A stretch of 40,151 nucleotides of DNA from contig JAYKGY010000085.1 in the NCBI GenBank assembly GCA_035285545.1, positions 1-40,151 on the forward strand, read 5' to 3'. Origin of the DNA: Snowella sp. (GTDB lineage: Bacteria > Cyanobacteriota > Cyanobacteriia > Cyanobacteriales > Microcystaceae). The translations under genes and the position numbers were made by a program. The notes beneath the pieces are model-generated. The model did no database searches. It was not told where the DNA came from and saw only the letters and a program-made list of their open reading frames with translations. How positions within the stretch are numbered: position 1 is the first letter of the stretch; the number at the start of each line of letters is the position of its first letter. Shown piece after piece: positions 21,132 to 32,153 of the stretch.

Positions 21132-22487
21132 ATGGAAATTTCCAAGATTCTTATTGCCAATCGTGGGGAAATTGCCCTGCGAATTTTGCATAGTTGTGAA
21201 GAATTAGGGATCACAACGGTCGCTGTTCACTCCACCATTGACCGTCAAGCACTCCATGTTCAGCTCGCTAACGAAAGTGTCTGCATTGGCCCTCCCCCCA
21301 GTAGCAAAAGCTATCTCAATATTCCCAATATCATTTCGGCAGCCCTGACCCGTAACGCCACAGCAATCCATCCTGGCTACGGATTTTTGGCAGAAAATGC
21401 TCGTTTTGCTGAAATTTGTGCCGATCATAAAATTACCTTCATTGGGCCGACTCCCGACGCGATCCGCGCAATGGGGGATAAATCCACGGCCAAAAAAACG
21501 ATGCAAAAAGCAGGCGTTCCCACTGTTCCAGGCAGTCCCGGTCTGATCGAATCTGAACAGGAAGCCTTAAGACTTGCTTCAGAAATTGGCTACCCCGTTA
21601 TTATTAAAGCCACAGCAGGGGGCGGGGGTCGGGGAATGCGTTTAGTGCGGGAAGAAAGCGAATTCCTGAGAATGTTCCAAGCGGCCCAAGGGGAAGCAGA
21701 AGCCGCCTTTGGGAATGGAGGGGTTTACTTAGAAAAATTTATTGAACGCCCTCGCCATATTGAATTTCAAATTCTGGCGGATAGCTATGGCAACGTTATT
21801 CATTTAGGAGAACGGGATTGTTCGATCCAACGCCGGCATCAGAAATTATTAGAAGAAGCCCCCAGCCCCTTTTTAAATCCTAAACTACGCCAAAAAATGG
21901 GAGACGCAGCCGTTAAAGCCGCTAAATCGATTAATTATGTCGGTGCAGGCACGGTTGAATTTTTGGTCGATGGCTCAGGTGATTTTTATTTCATGGAAAT
22001 GAATACTCGGATTCAAGTCGAACATCCTGTTACCGAGATGATTACGGGCTTGGATTTAATTACTGAACAGATCCGCATTGCTCAAGGCGAAAAGTTAAGT
22101 TTGACGCAATCTCAAGTGAATCTCAATGGGCACGCGATCGAGTGTCGGATTAATGCCGAAGATCCGGATCAGAATTTTCGCCCCCATCCTGGTAAAATTA
22201 GTGGCTATCTGCCGCCTGGTGGCCCCGGTGTGAGAATTGATTCCCATGTTTATACCGATTACGAAATTCCGCCTTACTATGATTCCTTAATTGGTAAGCT
22301 CATTGTTTGGGGCCCCAATCGGGCGATCGCGATCAATCGGATGAAACGTGCTCTCAAAGAATGTGCTATTACCGGAATTCCCACCACGATTGATTTTCAT
22401 CAAAGAATTTTAGAAACGCCTGCCTTTTTAGAAGGAAATGTTTACACAAACTTTATTGAAGAGCATTTAATGAAAAGTCAAAAATAG
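21132..22487 (+). CDS. accC: Acetyl-CoA carboxylase biotin carboxylase subunit
   Basis: [54 protein letters not shown]. Confidence 0.97.
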   Translation: MEISKILIANRGEIALRILHSCEELGITTVAVHSTIDRQALHVQLANESVCIGPPPSSKSYLNIPNIISAALTRNATAIHPGYGFLAENARFAEICADHKITFIGPTPDAIRAMGDKSTAKKTMQKAGVPTVPGSPGLIESEQEALRLASEIGYPVIIKATAGGGGRGMRLVREESEFLRMFQAAQGEAEAAFGNGGVYLEKFIERPRHIEFQILADSYGNVIHLGERDCSIQRRHQKLLEEAPSPFLNPKLRQKMGDAAVKAAKSINYVGAGTVEFLVDGSGDFYFMEMNTRIQVEHPVTEMITGLDLITEQIRIAQGEKLSLTQSQVNLNGHAIECRINAEDPDQNFRPHPGKISGYLPPGGPGVRIDSHVYTDYEIPPYYDSLIGKLIVWGPNRAIAINRMKRALKECAITGIPTTIDFHQRILETPAFLEGNVYTNFIEEHLMKSQK

Positions 22488-22685
22488 CTCAGAATTTTGG
22501 AATTCATCGTTAATTTTGGGGGCTAAGTTCATGATTTTTATGTTTTCTGAATCTGCCATAGATTTCAATTGTCAACCGTTTTGTAAATTCCAGAAACGGT
22601 AAATTTTTAAAATTAATCGGGCAAGTTAATTAAAGATTAACCGCCTCTTCTCCCGACTCCTCATTACTATTTTTTCTTTCTACTC

Positions 22686-24218
22686 ATGCCTGATTCAGCG
22701 TCTTCTTTTGCCAGCTATTATCATGAGCGAACCAAGTATCATCCCGACACGATCGCCGCAAAAAATAAAGTTTTAGACTGGGGAAATCAACCCTCAGTTT
22801 TTAAAGAATATAAAATTGGGACAATTTACGACCTCCAACCCTATTTGTCTCCCTCCCAAGGGCGTGACCCGGATACGGAAAGTTGGGAACGAATTTCTCG
22901 ACTACTAGCCTGTAGTTACGGCTTAACGGCCAAAATTGCGACGATGGGCAATCCGATTTATTTGAGAACGGCACCGTCAGCAGGCGGACTCTATCCCGCA
23001 GAGGTATATTTAATTTCCAGAGGAACAAAACTTTTACCCGCCGGTTTATATAGCTATCAGCCCTTAACCCATACCCTCGTTCACTTTTGGGTGAGTGAAG
23101 TCTGGACTAAGCTTAAAGAAGCCTGTTTTGGGCACTGGGCTTTAAAACATACCAATTTAGCATTGGTAACCACGGCTATTTTTTATCGTTCTGCCTGGCG
23201 ATACGAAGACCGAGCTTATCGACGTATTTTTCTAGATACAGGGCATCTTTTGGGAAATATTGAGCTAGCAAGTGCTTTATATGGCTATTTTCCCCATTTA
23301 ATTGGGGGATTTCGGGATGCTGCAATGAATGAATTGTTTTATTTAGATTCCCATCAAGAAAGTGTTCTCACCGCGATCGCCCTAACGGATTTACAAGCCA
23401 CCGCCTTTCCACCGACAGAGAAAAAACAAACCGCTTTACCTTCTCCCGTCCATCGCAATATTCCTCCCGTTGCCGATGGGGAATTACTAACCCAGTTTCA
23501 TCAAGCCACCGAGATTCAAGAGTTTAAGCAGGATGATGAATCCTCTGAACTAGCCCCCAGTAGCTCAGGAAACGATAAATATAATTTTCCGTTTTGTTTG
23601 AAAATTTCTACCCTATCCCCTCCTATCCATTGGGGGAAATATTTAGTAGAGTTAGAAAAAACCATTCTTTATCGACGCTCGACCCGCGCTTATACCGGAG
23701 GCAATCTCACGTTTGATGAATTAAAAGCCTTACTGAGCTTTACCTATCAACCCCAGGACTATGAATCACAAAATCTACCGCTTAATCCCGATTATTTTGA
23801 TTTAAGTTTAATTCAAACGTTTATTGCTGTTTCTGGCGTAACCGGATTGGAAGAGGGTTGCTATTATTACGCCCCTCAAGCCCAAGAGCTACGACAAATT
23901 CGCTTTAAAAATTTCCGCAAAGAACTACATTATCTCTGTTTGGGACAAGATTTAGGACGGGATGCCAGTGTTGTTATTTTTCATACGGCTGACCTAGAAC
24001 AAGCAGTTCAGAAATACGGCGATCGCGCTTATCGTTACTTGCATTTAGATGCCGGCCATTTAGGACAACGGTTAAATCTAGGTGCCATTCAACTGGGGCT
24101 AGGGGTCAGTGGAATTGGTGGCTTTTTCGATGATCAAGTTAATGAAGTCTTGGGAATTCCTGAGGATGAAGCCGTACTTTATATCACAACCCTTGGCCGT
24201 CCTCGCCTTTCAAATTAA
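22686..24218 (+). CDS. Tandem nitroreductase-fold (SagB/ThcOx-like) flavoprotein
   Basis: YHERTKY, RTAPSAGGLYPAE, WRYEDRAYR, and a second domain RRSTR...KYGDRAYRYLHLDAGHLGQ. Confidence 0.85.
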   Translation: MPDSASSFASYYHERTKYHPDTIAAKNKVLDWGNQPSVFKEYKIGTIYDLQPYLSPSQGRDPDTESWERISRLLACSYGLTAKIATMGNPIYLRTAPSAGGLYPAEVYLISRGTKLLPAGLYSYQPLTHTLVHFWVSEVWTKLKEACFGHWALKHTNLALVTTAIFYRSAWRYEDRAYRRIFLDTGHLLGNIELASALYGYFPHLIGGFRDAAMNELFYLDSHQESVLTAIALTDLQATAFPPTEKKQTALPSPVHRNIPPVADGELLTQFHQATEIQEFKQDDESSELAPSSSGNDKYNFPFCLKISTLSPPIHWGKYLVELEKTILYRRSTRAYTGGNLTFDELKALLSFTYQPQDYESQNLPLNPDYFDLSLIQTFIAVSGVTGLEEGCYYYAPQAQELRQIRFKNFRKELHYLCLGQDLGRDASVVIFHTADLEQAVQKYGDRAYRYLHLDAGHLGQRLNLGAIQLGLGVSGIGGFFDDQVNEVLGIPEDEAVLYITTLGRPRLSN

Positions 24219-24317
24219 AATTTGTTTATAAATTAAATTCATCAAAAGCTATTTATAGCATAACTTTGCTGCAATTATTGAGTAACACCCCTTAGCCTCC
24301 CCCCTATTCAAAACCCC

Positions 24318-24345
24318 TTGACAAGTGTTATACCAACTATAATAT
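24318..24345 (+). promoter_or_regulatory. Candidate sigma70-type promoter for the second wzc
   Basis: TTGACA at 24318-24323, with TATAAT at 24338 (14-nt spacer) or TAATAT at 24340 (16-nt spacer). Confidence 0.4.
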
Positions 24346-24392
24346 TATGCGCTTACCTGGCGAGCTTGCCTTTAATTTCATCCTCATAAATC

Positions 24393-26690
24393 ATGTCAGA
24401 TCCTCAATTTAACGGTGTTAACCTTAGCCGATATCCTTTAATCGAAAATCCCCTTGCGCCCCAACAAGAGGCTTTTGAAGAGGAAGAAGAGCTTGATCTG
24501 CGACAAATATCAAAAATCATTCGTCGTCGAGGCTGGTTAATGGCGTTAGTGGGAGTCGGCGTTAGCCTGTTGGTTGGCTATAAACTGATGCAACGTCCTC
24601 CCATTTACCAAGAAAAGTTTCAACTGCAAGTTCAGCCTCCGGGAACGGATTTAGCCAATCCTTTAGCAGGAGCACAAAGCTTAATTTCTGGATTAAATTT
24701 AGGGCGAGATGTTTCTTACTACGATACACAAATTGAAATTCTTTTAAGTAGCAAACTTCTATCACCTATCGTTAATCAGGTCAATAAAGAATATTTTAAA
24801 GATCCAGCAAATAAGGATTTCTTCCAAAGTGGGAATCCAGAAAAAGAATTTGACTTAGAGTACTTACTAGAGCAGTTAAAAATCAACCGAGCGAAAGAAA
24901 CACAGGTTTTAGAGATTAGCTTTCAAGATAAGGATCCCAACCTAGTTCAATTTATTTTAGAAAAATTATCTAAAGCCTATTTAAACTATACATTAGAAGA
25001 TCAAACAAACAAATCGCGACAACAACTCTCTTTCGTAGATAAGCAAATCCCAGCAATCAAACAAAGATTAGCGAATTTACAGAAAGAATTACAAAATTTT
25101 CGACTCAAAAGTAATTTTGTTGAGCCTCAAGCTCAGGGTCGAATTATTTCAGAAAGTTTAATTGAACTCAATAGAGGTAAGCAAGAAAACGAGGCTGCGT
25201 TAAATCAAGCGATCGCCCTATATAGCAATCTGCGCCAGCAATTAGGTATTAATGAAACTCAAGCGATCGCCTTAAATGCGCTGACTGAATCTTCCCGTTA
25301 TATGGGGCTTTTGAATCAATTACGGGAAATCGATAGTAAATTAGCCGCTGCATCCACCCAATATACCGATGAAAGCCCTATTATTCAACAATTAAAAGCA
25401 GAACGAGACAACTTATTGCCGTTAATTAAACAAGAAGCATCAATTGCCTTAAAAGGATTGCCCGTTGATACTGAACAGTTTAGTCAGGACTTTGTGTCAC
25501 CCAATAGTATTCGTTCCAGCTTAGTGCAACAACTCCTCGCCGCTAATAATCAACTTCGGCAAATGCAAGCGCGCCAACAATCCCTAACGGCTACCGAACA
25601 GCAAATGCGCCAAGAAATACAAAAGTTTGCCAATAGTTCGGGAAGATACGCAGAGCTTACGGGGGAAATTGAAATCGCTACCCAAAGCTTAAAATCGCTG
25701 ATGGAAGCCCGACAATTATTGGAAGTCGAAGCGGCAAGACAGTTTATCCCCTGGAAACTCATTTCAGAGATCCGTACCCCCGAAAAACCGACAAGTCAAT
25801 TAGTTCGCAATCTTTTGCTGGCTCTTCTCGCCGGTATCGTTTCTGGGGTGGCAGTCGGCCTACTAGCAGAAAGTTTAGATAGAAGTTTCCATACCCCTGA
25901 AGAATTGGCGGAAGAAACGGGTGTTGCTGTGCTAGGAACGATTCCTTTTCAACCTCAAATGCCTCGTTTTCAGAATAAAAAGCAGAAACCCTTTGAACAA
26001 CCCCCTGCTAATTGGGCAGGTTTTTTAGAAGCCTTCTCATTTCTCTATACAAATCTTTTCTTTATCCGAGAAAAAAAATCTTGTCGTTCTTTGGTGATCA
26101 CGTCTGCTATTCCTGGAGATGGGAAATCAACGAATGCTTTTTATCTCGCTCAAGCTGCTGCAAACATGGGTCAAAAAGTCTTGTTAGTTGATGGAGATCG
26201 TTACTTCCCGCAACAAGAACGTTGGTCATTATTAGCCAAAATCCACGGGCAAAACGTTGAACCGATTCAACTTGAAGCCGACAAAAAAGAACGAGCTAAT
26301 CAAATTATTCCTGTTCCAATGGCAGAAAACCTCTATGTCGTTCAAGCGGCTGGAAAATGGTTTAATCCTTCTGAACTTGTTAATTCCAGAAGTTTAGCGA
26401 TGTTTATTCAAAAATGGGAAGCAGAATTTGACTTGATATTAGTAGATTCTCCGCCTATTTTGGGGGTATCCGATACTAAATTATTGGCTAATCAAACAGA
26501 CGGCGTATTATTAGTTGTTCGCTTAGATAAAACGAGTCGAGAGCTGGTTAAGGAAGTTTTATTAGAATTAAAAATCTCGAATATTCCCCTGTTAGGTCTA
26601 GTCGCTAATGGAGCAAAACATGCGGGACGGAAAGACTATTACTATTACAATTACTATCGCAAGGCAAGAACGACTCAAAGATCGTTGTAA
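24393..26690 (+). CDS. Second Wzc/GumC-family tyrosine autokinase (orphan)
   Basis: EEELDLRQ, two TMs, SAIPGDGKST, ILVDSPP, DYYYYNYYR tail. Confidence 0.88.
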   Translation: MSDPQFNGVNLSRYPLIENPLAPQQEAFEEEEELDLRQISKIIRRRGWLMALVGVGVSLLVGYKLMQRPPIYQEKFQLQVQPPGTDLANPLAGAQSLISGLNLGRDVSYYDTQIEILLSSKLLSPIVNQVNKEYFKDPANKDFFQSGNPEKEFDLEYLLEQLKINRAKETQVLEISFQDKDPNLVQFILEKLSKAYLNYTLEDQTNKSRQQLSFVDKQIPAIKQRLANLQKELQNFRLKSNFVEPQAQGRIISESLIELNRGKQENEAALNQAIALYSNLRQQLGINETQAIALNALTESSRYMGLLNQLREIDSKLAAASTQYTDESPIIQQLKAERDNLLPLIKQEASIALKGLPVDTEQFSQDFVSPNSIRSSLVQQLLAANNQLRQMQARQQSLTATEQQMRQEIQKFANSSGRYAELTGEIEIATQSLKSLMEARQLLEVEAARQFIPWKLISEIRTPEKPTSQLVRNLLLALLAGIVSGVAVGLLAESLDRSFHTPEELAEETGVAVLGTIPFQPQMPRFQNKKQKPFEQPPANWAGFLEAFSFLYTNLFFIREKKSCRSLVITSAIPGDGKSTNAFYLAQAAANMGQKVLLVDGDRYFPQQERWSLLAKIHGQNVEPIQLEADKKERANQIIPVPMAENLYVVQAAGKWFNPSELVNSRSLAMFIQKWEAEFDLILVDSPPILGVSDTKLLANQTDGVLLVVRLDKTSRELVKEVLLELKISNIPLLGLVANGAKHAGRKDYYYYNYYRKARTTQRSL

Positions 26691-26826
26691 AAAAAATAGA
26701 TTCTTTTTTATGTGACGGTAAAGCGTATCTATTGCTACTTAAATTTGCAGAAATGGGAAACGCCGATGGACTCACAAAATATTAGGGTAGGCCGTAACAC
26801 CGAGAGATTAAGCTGTGCAAATTCAC

Positions 26827-26870
26827 AAAAAAGATTCTGAAGTTAAAACTATTTTCAGCCTCAGAATCTT
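26827..26870 (-). terminator. Intrinsic terminator of icd
   Basis: Minus strand AAGATTCTGAGGCTGAAAATAGTTTTAACTTCAGAATCTT hairpin followed by a U-run, ~20 nt after the icd stop. Confidence 0.7.
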
Positions 26871-26888
26871 ATTAATTACACTCAAATA

Positions 26889-28316
26889 TTAATCGTCAAA
26901 GTGCTTAATAATTGCTTGAGCAAATTCTGAGCATTTTAAAGGCGGTTCAACAGGCGGAGTCATAAGTCGCGCTAAGTCATAGGTAACTTCCCGATTCGCG
27001 ATCGCGGATCCGATTCCTTTTTTGATCAAATCAGCCGCTTCTTGCCAACCCATAAATTCCAACATCATGACCCCTGAAAGAATGACAGAGCCAGGATTAA
27101 TACGGTCTAAGCCTGCGTGTTTCGGAGCCGTTCCGTGAGTTGCTTCAAAAACCGCACAGCGATCGCCGATATTTGCCCCTGGTCCCATCCCTAAACCCCC
27201 GACAATGGCTGCCGCCGCATCGGATAAATAATCCCCGTTTAGGTTCATGGTTGCCAGAATAGAATACTCATCAGGACGGGTTTGGATTTGTTGGAAAATA
27301 CTGTCAGCAATACGATCATTGACCATGATTTTGTCTTTCCATCTGCCATCACCGTGAGTTTCCCAGATAGAGTCGAGAACAGATTTTACTTCATCACAAA
27401 TGGCTTGCTTTTTCTCTACCGTTAAGGAATCATAGCCAGGATCGATTTGGTGAGCATTTTCTTCGATGGTGATATTGGGATTTCTTTCTTTGTTGCTTAA
27501 AATCCAAGATTCCCGTTCCGTTACACAAGCATCTCGAAATTCATTAACGGCAACTTCATAGCCCCAATCCCGAAACGCCCCTTCAGTGTATTTCATAATG
27601 TTGCCCTTATGTACCAAGGTAACTTGATTTTTGGGCTTGGGTAAACGGAGGGCGTGTTGGAGAGCGCGACGGACTAGGCGTTGAGACCCTTTTTTACTAA
27701 TCGGTTTAATGCCAATGCCTGCATCGAGGGGAATTTGCTTTTTGCCGTGTTCGGGAGTCGCCGGAATTAGATCGGTGTTGAGATAGTTAATTAATTTTTC
27801 GGCGATCGCTGACCCTTCTTTCCATTCGATCCCCAGATAAATATCTTCTGTATTTTCCCGATAAACAATAACATCGAGTTTTTCAGGATAACGGTGAGGG
27901 GAAGGTGTACCTGCATAATAGCGACAGGGACGGACACAGGCATAGAGATCAAAAATTTGACGCAACGCAACGTTAAGCGAACGAATTCCACCGCCAACTG
28001 GTGTAGTTAACGGGCCTTTAATGGCAACCCCATAGTCTTGAATCGCAGTGAGCGTATCTTGGGGTAAGTACTGATAGGTTCCGTACAAATCACAGGCTTC
28101 GTCCCCTGCATAGACTTTAAACCAGTTAATTTTGCGCTTGCCACCGTAGGCTTTGGCGATCGCGGAATCCATCACCATTTGAGCAGCCGGCCAAATATCC
28201 ACCCCTGTCCCATCTCCCCGAATAAACGGAACAATCGGATCGTCGGGAACAATTGGCTTACCGTCTTGAAACGCAATTTTGGAGCCACTAGTTGGAGGGG
28301 TAATTTTTTCGTACAT
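26889..28316 (-). CDS. icd: NADP-dependent isocitrate dehydrogenase
   Basis: [60 protein letters not shown]. Confidence 0.98.
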   Translation of the reverse strand: MYEKITPPTSGSKIAFQDGKPIVPDDPIVPFIRGDGTGVDIWPAAQMVMDSAIAKAYGGKRKINWFKVYAGDEACDLYGTYQYLPQDTLTAIQDYGVAIKGPLTTPVGGGIRSLNVALRQIFDLYACVRPCRYYAGTPSPHRYPEKLDVIVYRENTEDIYLGIEWKEGSAIAEKLINYLNTDLIPATPEHGKKQIPLDAGIGIKPISKKGSQRLVRRALQHALRLPKPKNQVTLVHKGNIMKYTEGAFRDWGYEVAVNEFRDACVTERESWILSNKERNPNITIEENAHQIDPGYDSLTVEKKQAICDEVKSVLDSIWETHGDGRWKDKIMVNDRIADSIFQQIQTRPDEYSILATMNLNGDYLSDAAAAIVGGLGMGPGANIGDRCAVFEATHGTAPKHAGLDRINPGSVILSGVMMLEFMGWQEAADLIKKGIGSAIANREVTYDLARLMTPPVEPPLKCSEFAQAIIKHFDD

Positions 28317-28346
28317 AAGTTCTTGAGAAGAGATCGTGACTACCGA

Positions 28347-28388
28347 ATTTTAACCTCTTACTGCCCTCGGAATTGCTACGATGGTTAC
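28347..28388 (-). promoter_or_regulatory. NtcA-type activated promoter of icd (variant site)
   Basis: Minus strand GTA-ACCATCGT-AGC (28388-28375), then 22 nt, then TAAAAT (28352-28347). This matches GTA-N8-TAC-N22-TAN3T geometry with a degenerate second half. Confidence 0.65.
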
Positions 28389-28482
28389 GAAGCCAGTAAT
28401 GTGAACTTTGATTACGAAATAAGTAGTCAAAAGAATTTGACGGTTTTAAATCCCTACTAATACAGCATTTTGCTAAAAAAGT

Positions 28483-29148
28483 TTATGATTGCGTATTCTT
28501 GGCCCCTTTAGCAGCAATTAGTGCATAAAACGGATCTTGTCCCATCATACCTAACATTTGCAGAAAGCTGGGAATAGAAGCGGTTTTAGTAATCACTTCG
28601 GGTGGAGTAAATCCAGAAATGCTTTGAAAGTAAGATTTGACCAATTGAATATGACTTAAATCGGTTCCCTCTCGCCAGGCAGCGATCGCTTTTTGATAAA
28701 ACATCCGATTGGAAAAACTGACAATGACCAGACCATTGGGTTTGAGAATGCGATAGATTTCGCTAAAAATCGCCTCAGGATATTGGAGATACTGGACAGA
28801 AACCGCCATTAACACCGCATCAAAATCGTCATCCGGTAAGGGCAACTGGGGAGACTGATTGAGATCTTGAACAAAATAATGATTTAAACGGGGATTTTTG
28901 CCGAGTTCTTCCCCATTCATGCCGTGACCTTCCACATGGGTAAATTCTAGATCATCGGGTAAATGGGAAACCCAACTACTCATTAAATCTAAAATACGGC
29001 TGTGGGGTTTAAGGTGATCGCGGTAAAGATTGGTCAGTTGATCAATAAAATTGTCGTCAACGTGGGTCACAAAACGGGGAAATGCATAAAAATCTGCATC
29101 GTTAGTCGTGTCCAGTTTGCTGCGATCGTCAGGATGGAGAATCAGCAT
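28483..29148 (-). CDS. Class I SAM-dependent methyltransferase
   Basis: FY.FPRFVTHVDD, ILDLMSSWVSHLP, VSVQYLQYP, SFSNRMFYQKAI. Confidence 0.85.
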   Translation of the reverse strand: MLILHPDDRSKLDTTNDADFYAFPRFVTHVDDNFIDQLTNLYRDHLKPHSRILDLMSSWVSHLPDDLEFTHVEGHGMNGEELGKNPRLNHYFVQDLNQSPQLPLPDDDFDAVLMAVSVQYLQYPEAIFSEIYRILKPNGLVIVSFSNRMFYQKAIAAWREGTDLSHIQLVKSYFQSISGFTPPEVITKTASIPSFLQMLGMMGQDPFYALIAAKGAKNTQS

Positions 29149-29236
29149 AGGGTTGAATAGCATAAACAACGCAGTTTCGCTTCTATTTTACCCTTGATTC
29201 CCAATGGATCCAAAGAGCCAAAGATTGAAAGGGGTC

Positions 29237-30310
29237 TTAATCCCATTTATCCCCTTCCTCTCCCTGAGCTAATCGGGCAGATTGTTGATGATACAGTGTT
29301 TGCAATGCTTGATGCTTTAAACGACGGGAACTGCGACGGTATTTTTTTCGGGCTAATTTCGGCTCATAATCCTGCTGACCCTCCGCGTTGGTAATGGTTT
29401 TCAAGTTGGATTCTTCATCGCTAGTTTGCTGTTGTTGGGCTTCATGCTCCAGAGACTCTTCCAAAAATTTAAGGTAATGCTCATACCGTTCCCAATCGCC
29501 TCGAACTACACAATGGGGTTCTTCTCGATGGAGACAATCATTAAACTGACAATGGCTTGTTTCCAATTGTTTTCTCGCTTCAGGGAAAGTGAAAATTAAT
29601 TGGGCGGGCGCAATGTCTAGATCGGGCTGATTAAAACCTGGGGTATCTGCGAGTAATCCCCCTGTCGGCAGTTCAAACAATTCTACATGGCGGGTGGTAT
29701 GGCGACCTTTTTGGAGTTTGCCTGACACTCGATTCACCCGTTGTTGAATGCCTGGAATGAGGGTATTGATTAAGCTCGATTTACCCACCCCCGAAGGCCC
29801 TGCCATCAGCGTAATTTTGTTATTTAATATTTCTAATAGCTGATCGATGCCCTGTTGCTGGTGAATACTGATGAATAAGGGCTGATAGTTCCATTTTGCT
29901 AAGCGTTCTTGCCATTGCGCTTGCGCTTCTGGGGAAATTAAATCCTGTTTATTCAAACACAAACACAGATCTAAATCCGTAGATTCAGCTTTAACTAAAA
30001 AACGACTCAGTTGCCAGCTTTCTAAAGGCGGTTCGGCTAGGGAAAAGACCAGTAAGATTTGATCGGCATTGGCCACTGGAGGACGAGAGAGTTCGTTTTT
30101 TCGGGGTTCAACAGCCGCGATCGCCCCTTGTTTATTGACTGGATCGCTATCTTCGATCCAAACCCGATCCCCTACCATCACGGATTGACCAATTTTTTTA
30201 AGCCGCGATCGCCGAGTACACAGCAGAAGAGGCAAAGGGGACTGATCCAACCGAACCTGATAAAAATTCGCTTGGATTGCAATGACCGTTCCCAGTTCTG
30301 CTTTAGCCAC
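29237..30310 (-). CDS. rsgA: Small ribosomal subunit biogenesis GTPase RsgA
   Basis: NKQD, GPSGVGKSS, GRHTTRHVELF, DTPGF, CQFNDCLHREEPHC. Confidence 0.95.
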   Translation of the reverse strand: MAKAELGTVIAIQANFYQVRLDQSPLPLLLCTRRSRLKKIGQSVMVGDRVWIEDSDPVNKQGAIAAVEPRKNELSRPPVANADQILLVFSLAEPPLESWQLSRFLVKAESTDLDLCLCLNKQDLISPEAQAQWQERLAKWNYQPLFISIHQQQGIDQLLEILNNKITLMAGPSGVGKSSLINTLIPGIQQRVNRVSGKLQKGRHTTRHVELFELPTGGLLADTPGFNQPDLDIAPAQLIFTFPEARKQLETSHCQFNDCLHREEPHCVVRGDWERYEHYLKFLEESLEHEAQQQQTSDEESNLKTITNAEGQQDYEPKLARKKYRRSSRRLKHQALQTLYHQQSARLAQGEEGDKWD

Positions 30311-30327
30311 TCCAGATTAAGAAAAGA

Positions 30328-30594
30328 TTACAAATTGTCAGGGACACGGATCGTCAACTTAAAAAAAGTCGCTTCTTCCGTCATCTTCTGATCAGTGTAA
30401 CCTTCCATTATCAGGCTAGGGGGAACTTGTTCAATTGGCTCCCCCGGATCAAGCCACACTTCTAAGACCTGCCCCACTGACATTTGGGCTAATTTTAATT
30501 TAGTCCGCACAAAATTAATCGGACAGGGGGTGCCGCGCAGATCTAAAATGACAGGCTCAGTGGCCAGAGACGGAGTTTTAGAAGACTGGCTCAT
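30328..30594 (-). CDS. TusA/SirA-family sulfur-transfer protein
   Basis: [30 protein letters not shown]. Confidence 0.9.
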   Translation of the reverse strand: MSQSSKTPSLATEPVILDLRGTPCPINFVRTKLKLAQMSVGQVLEVWLDPGEPIEQVPPSLIMEGYTDQKMTEEATFFKLTIRVPDNL

Positions 30595-31718
30595 TTATGA
30601 AACAGGCCTCCTAAGAATCCTTCCAATCCTCCTTTACCGTGGCTTTCTCCCTTAATTTGGGCTAATTTTTCGAGTAATTCCCGTTCTTCTGTACTGACCT
30701 TGGTGGGAATATTGATTTTTACGGTTATCAGGTGATCCCCCCGTAAGGTCGCATTCCCTAATTTTGGAACCCCTTTACTCTCAAGCGTTAACACCGTATT
30801 GGGTTGGGTTCCAGCGGGAATGGTTAACTCTTCTGGCCCATCTACCGTATTGACAGAGATCCGACAGCCTAAAATGGCCTGTAAATAACTAATGGTAATT
30901 TCTGAGCGGATATTAATCCCTTCACGGGTAAACTCGCGATCGCTTTCTACCATTAAATAGACATACAAATCGCCTGGTGGGCCGCCCCGTAGTCCTGCAT
31001 CCCCTTCTTTAGAAACTCGCAGACGGGTTCCATCATCCACCCCAGGCGGAATAGAGATTTTAAGTTTTTTAGTTTCTTGCTTACGGCCTGCACCACCGCA
31101 ACTTTCACATTTTTCGGCGATCACTTCTCCCGTCCCATTACAGGTTGGACAAGCCGATACCTGAGCAAAGCTACCAAAAGGAGTGCGAGTTGCCCGTCTC
31201 ACCTGCCCAGTTCCATTACAGGTCGAACAAGTACGTGCGCCTGTCCCTGCTTTTGCTCCCGTTCCATTACAAACTTGGCAGGATTCTAAATGGGGAATGC
31301 GAATTTCTTTTTCTCCCCCAAAAATCGCTTCTCGGAAATTCAGTTTCAGGTCTAAGCGGAGATCATCGCCTCGCATTGGGCCCGTGCGTCGTCGTGTCGC
31401 ACCCGCACCCGCAGCACCGCCAAATCCCCCAAAAATGGTTTCAAAGATATCAGCAAAGCCGCCCATATCTCCATAATCGAAACCAGCCGCGCCCGTGCCA
31501 CTGACCCCTGCTTCTCCAAATCGGTCATAGCGTTCACGGGTTTCTGGCTCCGAAAGCACTTCATAGGCACGATTGACTTCTTTAAAGCGGTCTTCCGCTC
31601 CCGGTTCTTTATTGACATCAGGATGGTATTTTCGGGCTAATCGACGGTAAGCACGTTTAATATCTTCTTTGCTAGCGTCCCTGGAAACGCCAAGGATTTC
31701 ATAATAGTCCGCTGCCAT
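30591..31718 (-). CDS. dnaJ: Molecular chaperone DnaJ (type I)
   Basis: J domain with HPD, G/F region, four CxxCxGxG repeats, C-terminal domain. Confidence 0.97.
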   Translation of the reverse strand: MAADYYEILGVSRDASKEDIKRAYRRLARKYHPDVNKEPGAEDRFKEVNRAYEVLSEPETRERYDRFGEAGVSGTGAAGFDYGDMGGFADIFETIFGGFGGAAGAGATRRRTGPMRGDDLRLDLKLNFREAIFGGEKEIRIPHLESCQVCNGTGAKAGTGARTCSTCNGTGQVRRATRTPFGSFAQVSACPTCNGTGEVIAEKCESCGGAGRKQETKKLKISIPPGVDDGTRLRVSKEGDAGLRGGPPGDLYVYLMVESDREFTREGINIRSEITISYLQAILGCRISVNTVDGPEELTIPAGTQPNTVLTLESKGVPKLGNATLRGDHLITVKINIPTKVSTEERELLEKLAQIKGESHGKGGLEGFLGGLFHK

Positions 31719-31927
31719 AAGGCCTTACTCTAATGTTTCTCGTGAATATCGGTTTATAGGGGCTTAGTGTTTACTGTAGCAAACTCTTGGCAAAACTTCA
31801 TGATCACTTGGATGAAAACTCTGAGTTTTCTGAATCGGCAACACAATCAGAGGAAGCAATATAATCTCAATGATGGCAGATTGAGGAAAAAATGTCTGTA
31901 TTGAAAAAAGCCGCTTTAAAAGAAATT

Positions 31928-32149
31928 TCAATTTATGATTTTTACGTTCGTTTCTTGAGCGGATTCTTCAAATTCTAAAGCCTCGTTAACTTTGTTAATT
32001 TCTTCTTCTAGGATTTGAATAGCTCCGCTAATTCGCAGTAATGTATCCCTCAGATTAGACTGTTTAGTTTCTAATTCTGTCATCATTTTTTGGCCTGCTT
32101 CAAATTCGCTTTTGAGTTGGGTTAGGCGTTCTTCGAGTTGTTCTTTCAT
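31928..32149 (-). CDS. Small coiled-coil protein at the end of the eCIS locus
   Basis: 73 aa with heptad pattern and LRDTLLRISGAIQILEE; starts 4 nt after the spike-tip stop. Confidence 0.8.
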   Translation of the reverse strand: MKEQLEERLTQLKSEFEAGQKMMTELETKQSNLRDTLLRISGAIQILEEEINKVNEALEFEESAQETNVKIIN

Positions 32150-32153
32150 GGAG

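Noticed and set aside
22686..24218. RiPP (azole) biosynthetic cluster around the SagB-like gene
   Set aside because: No YcaO, precursor peptide, protease or transporter nearby; flanked by accC and wzc.
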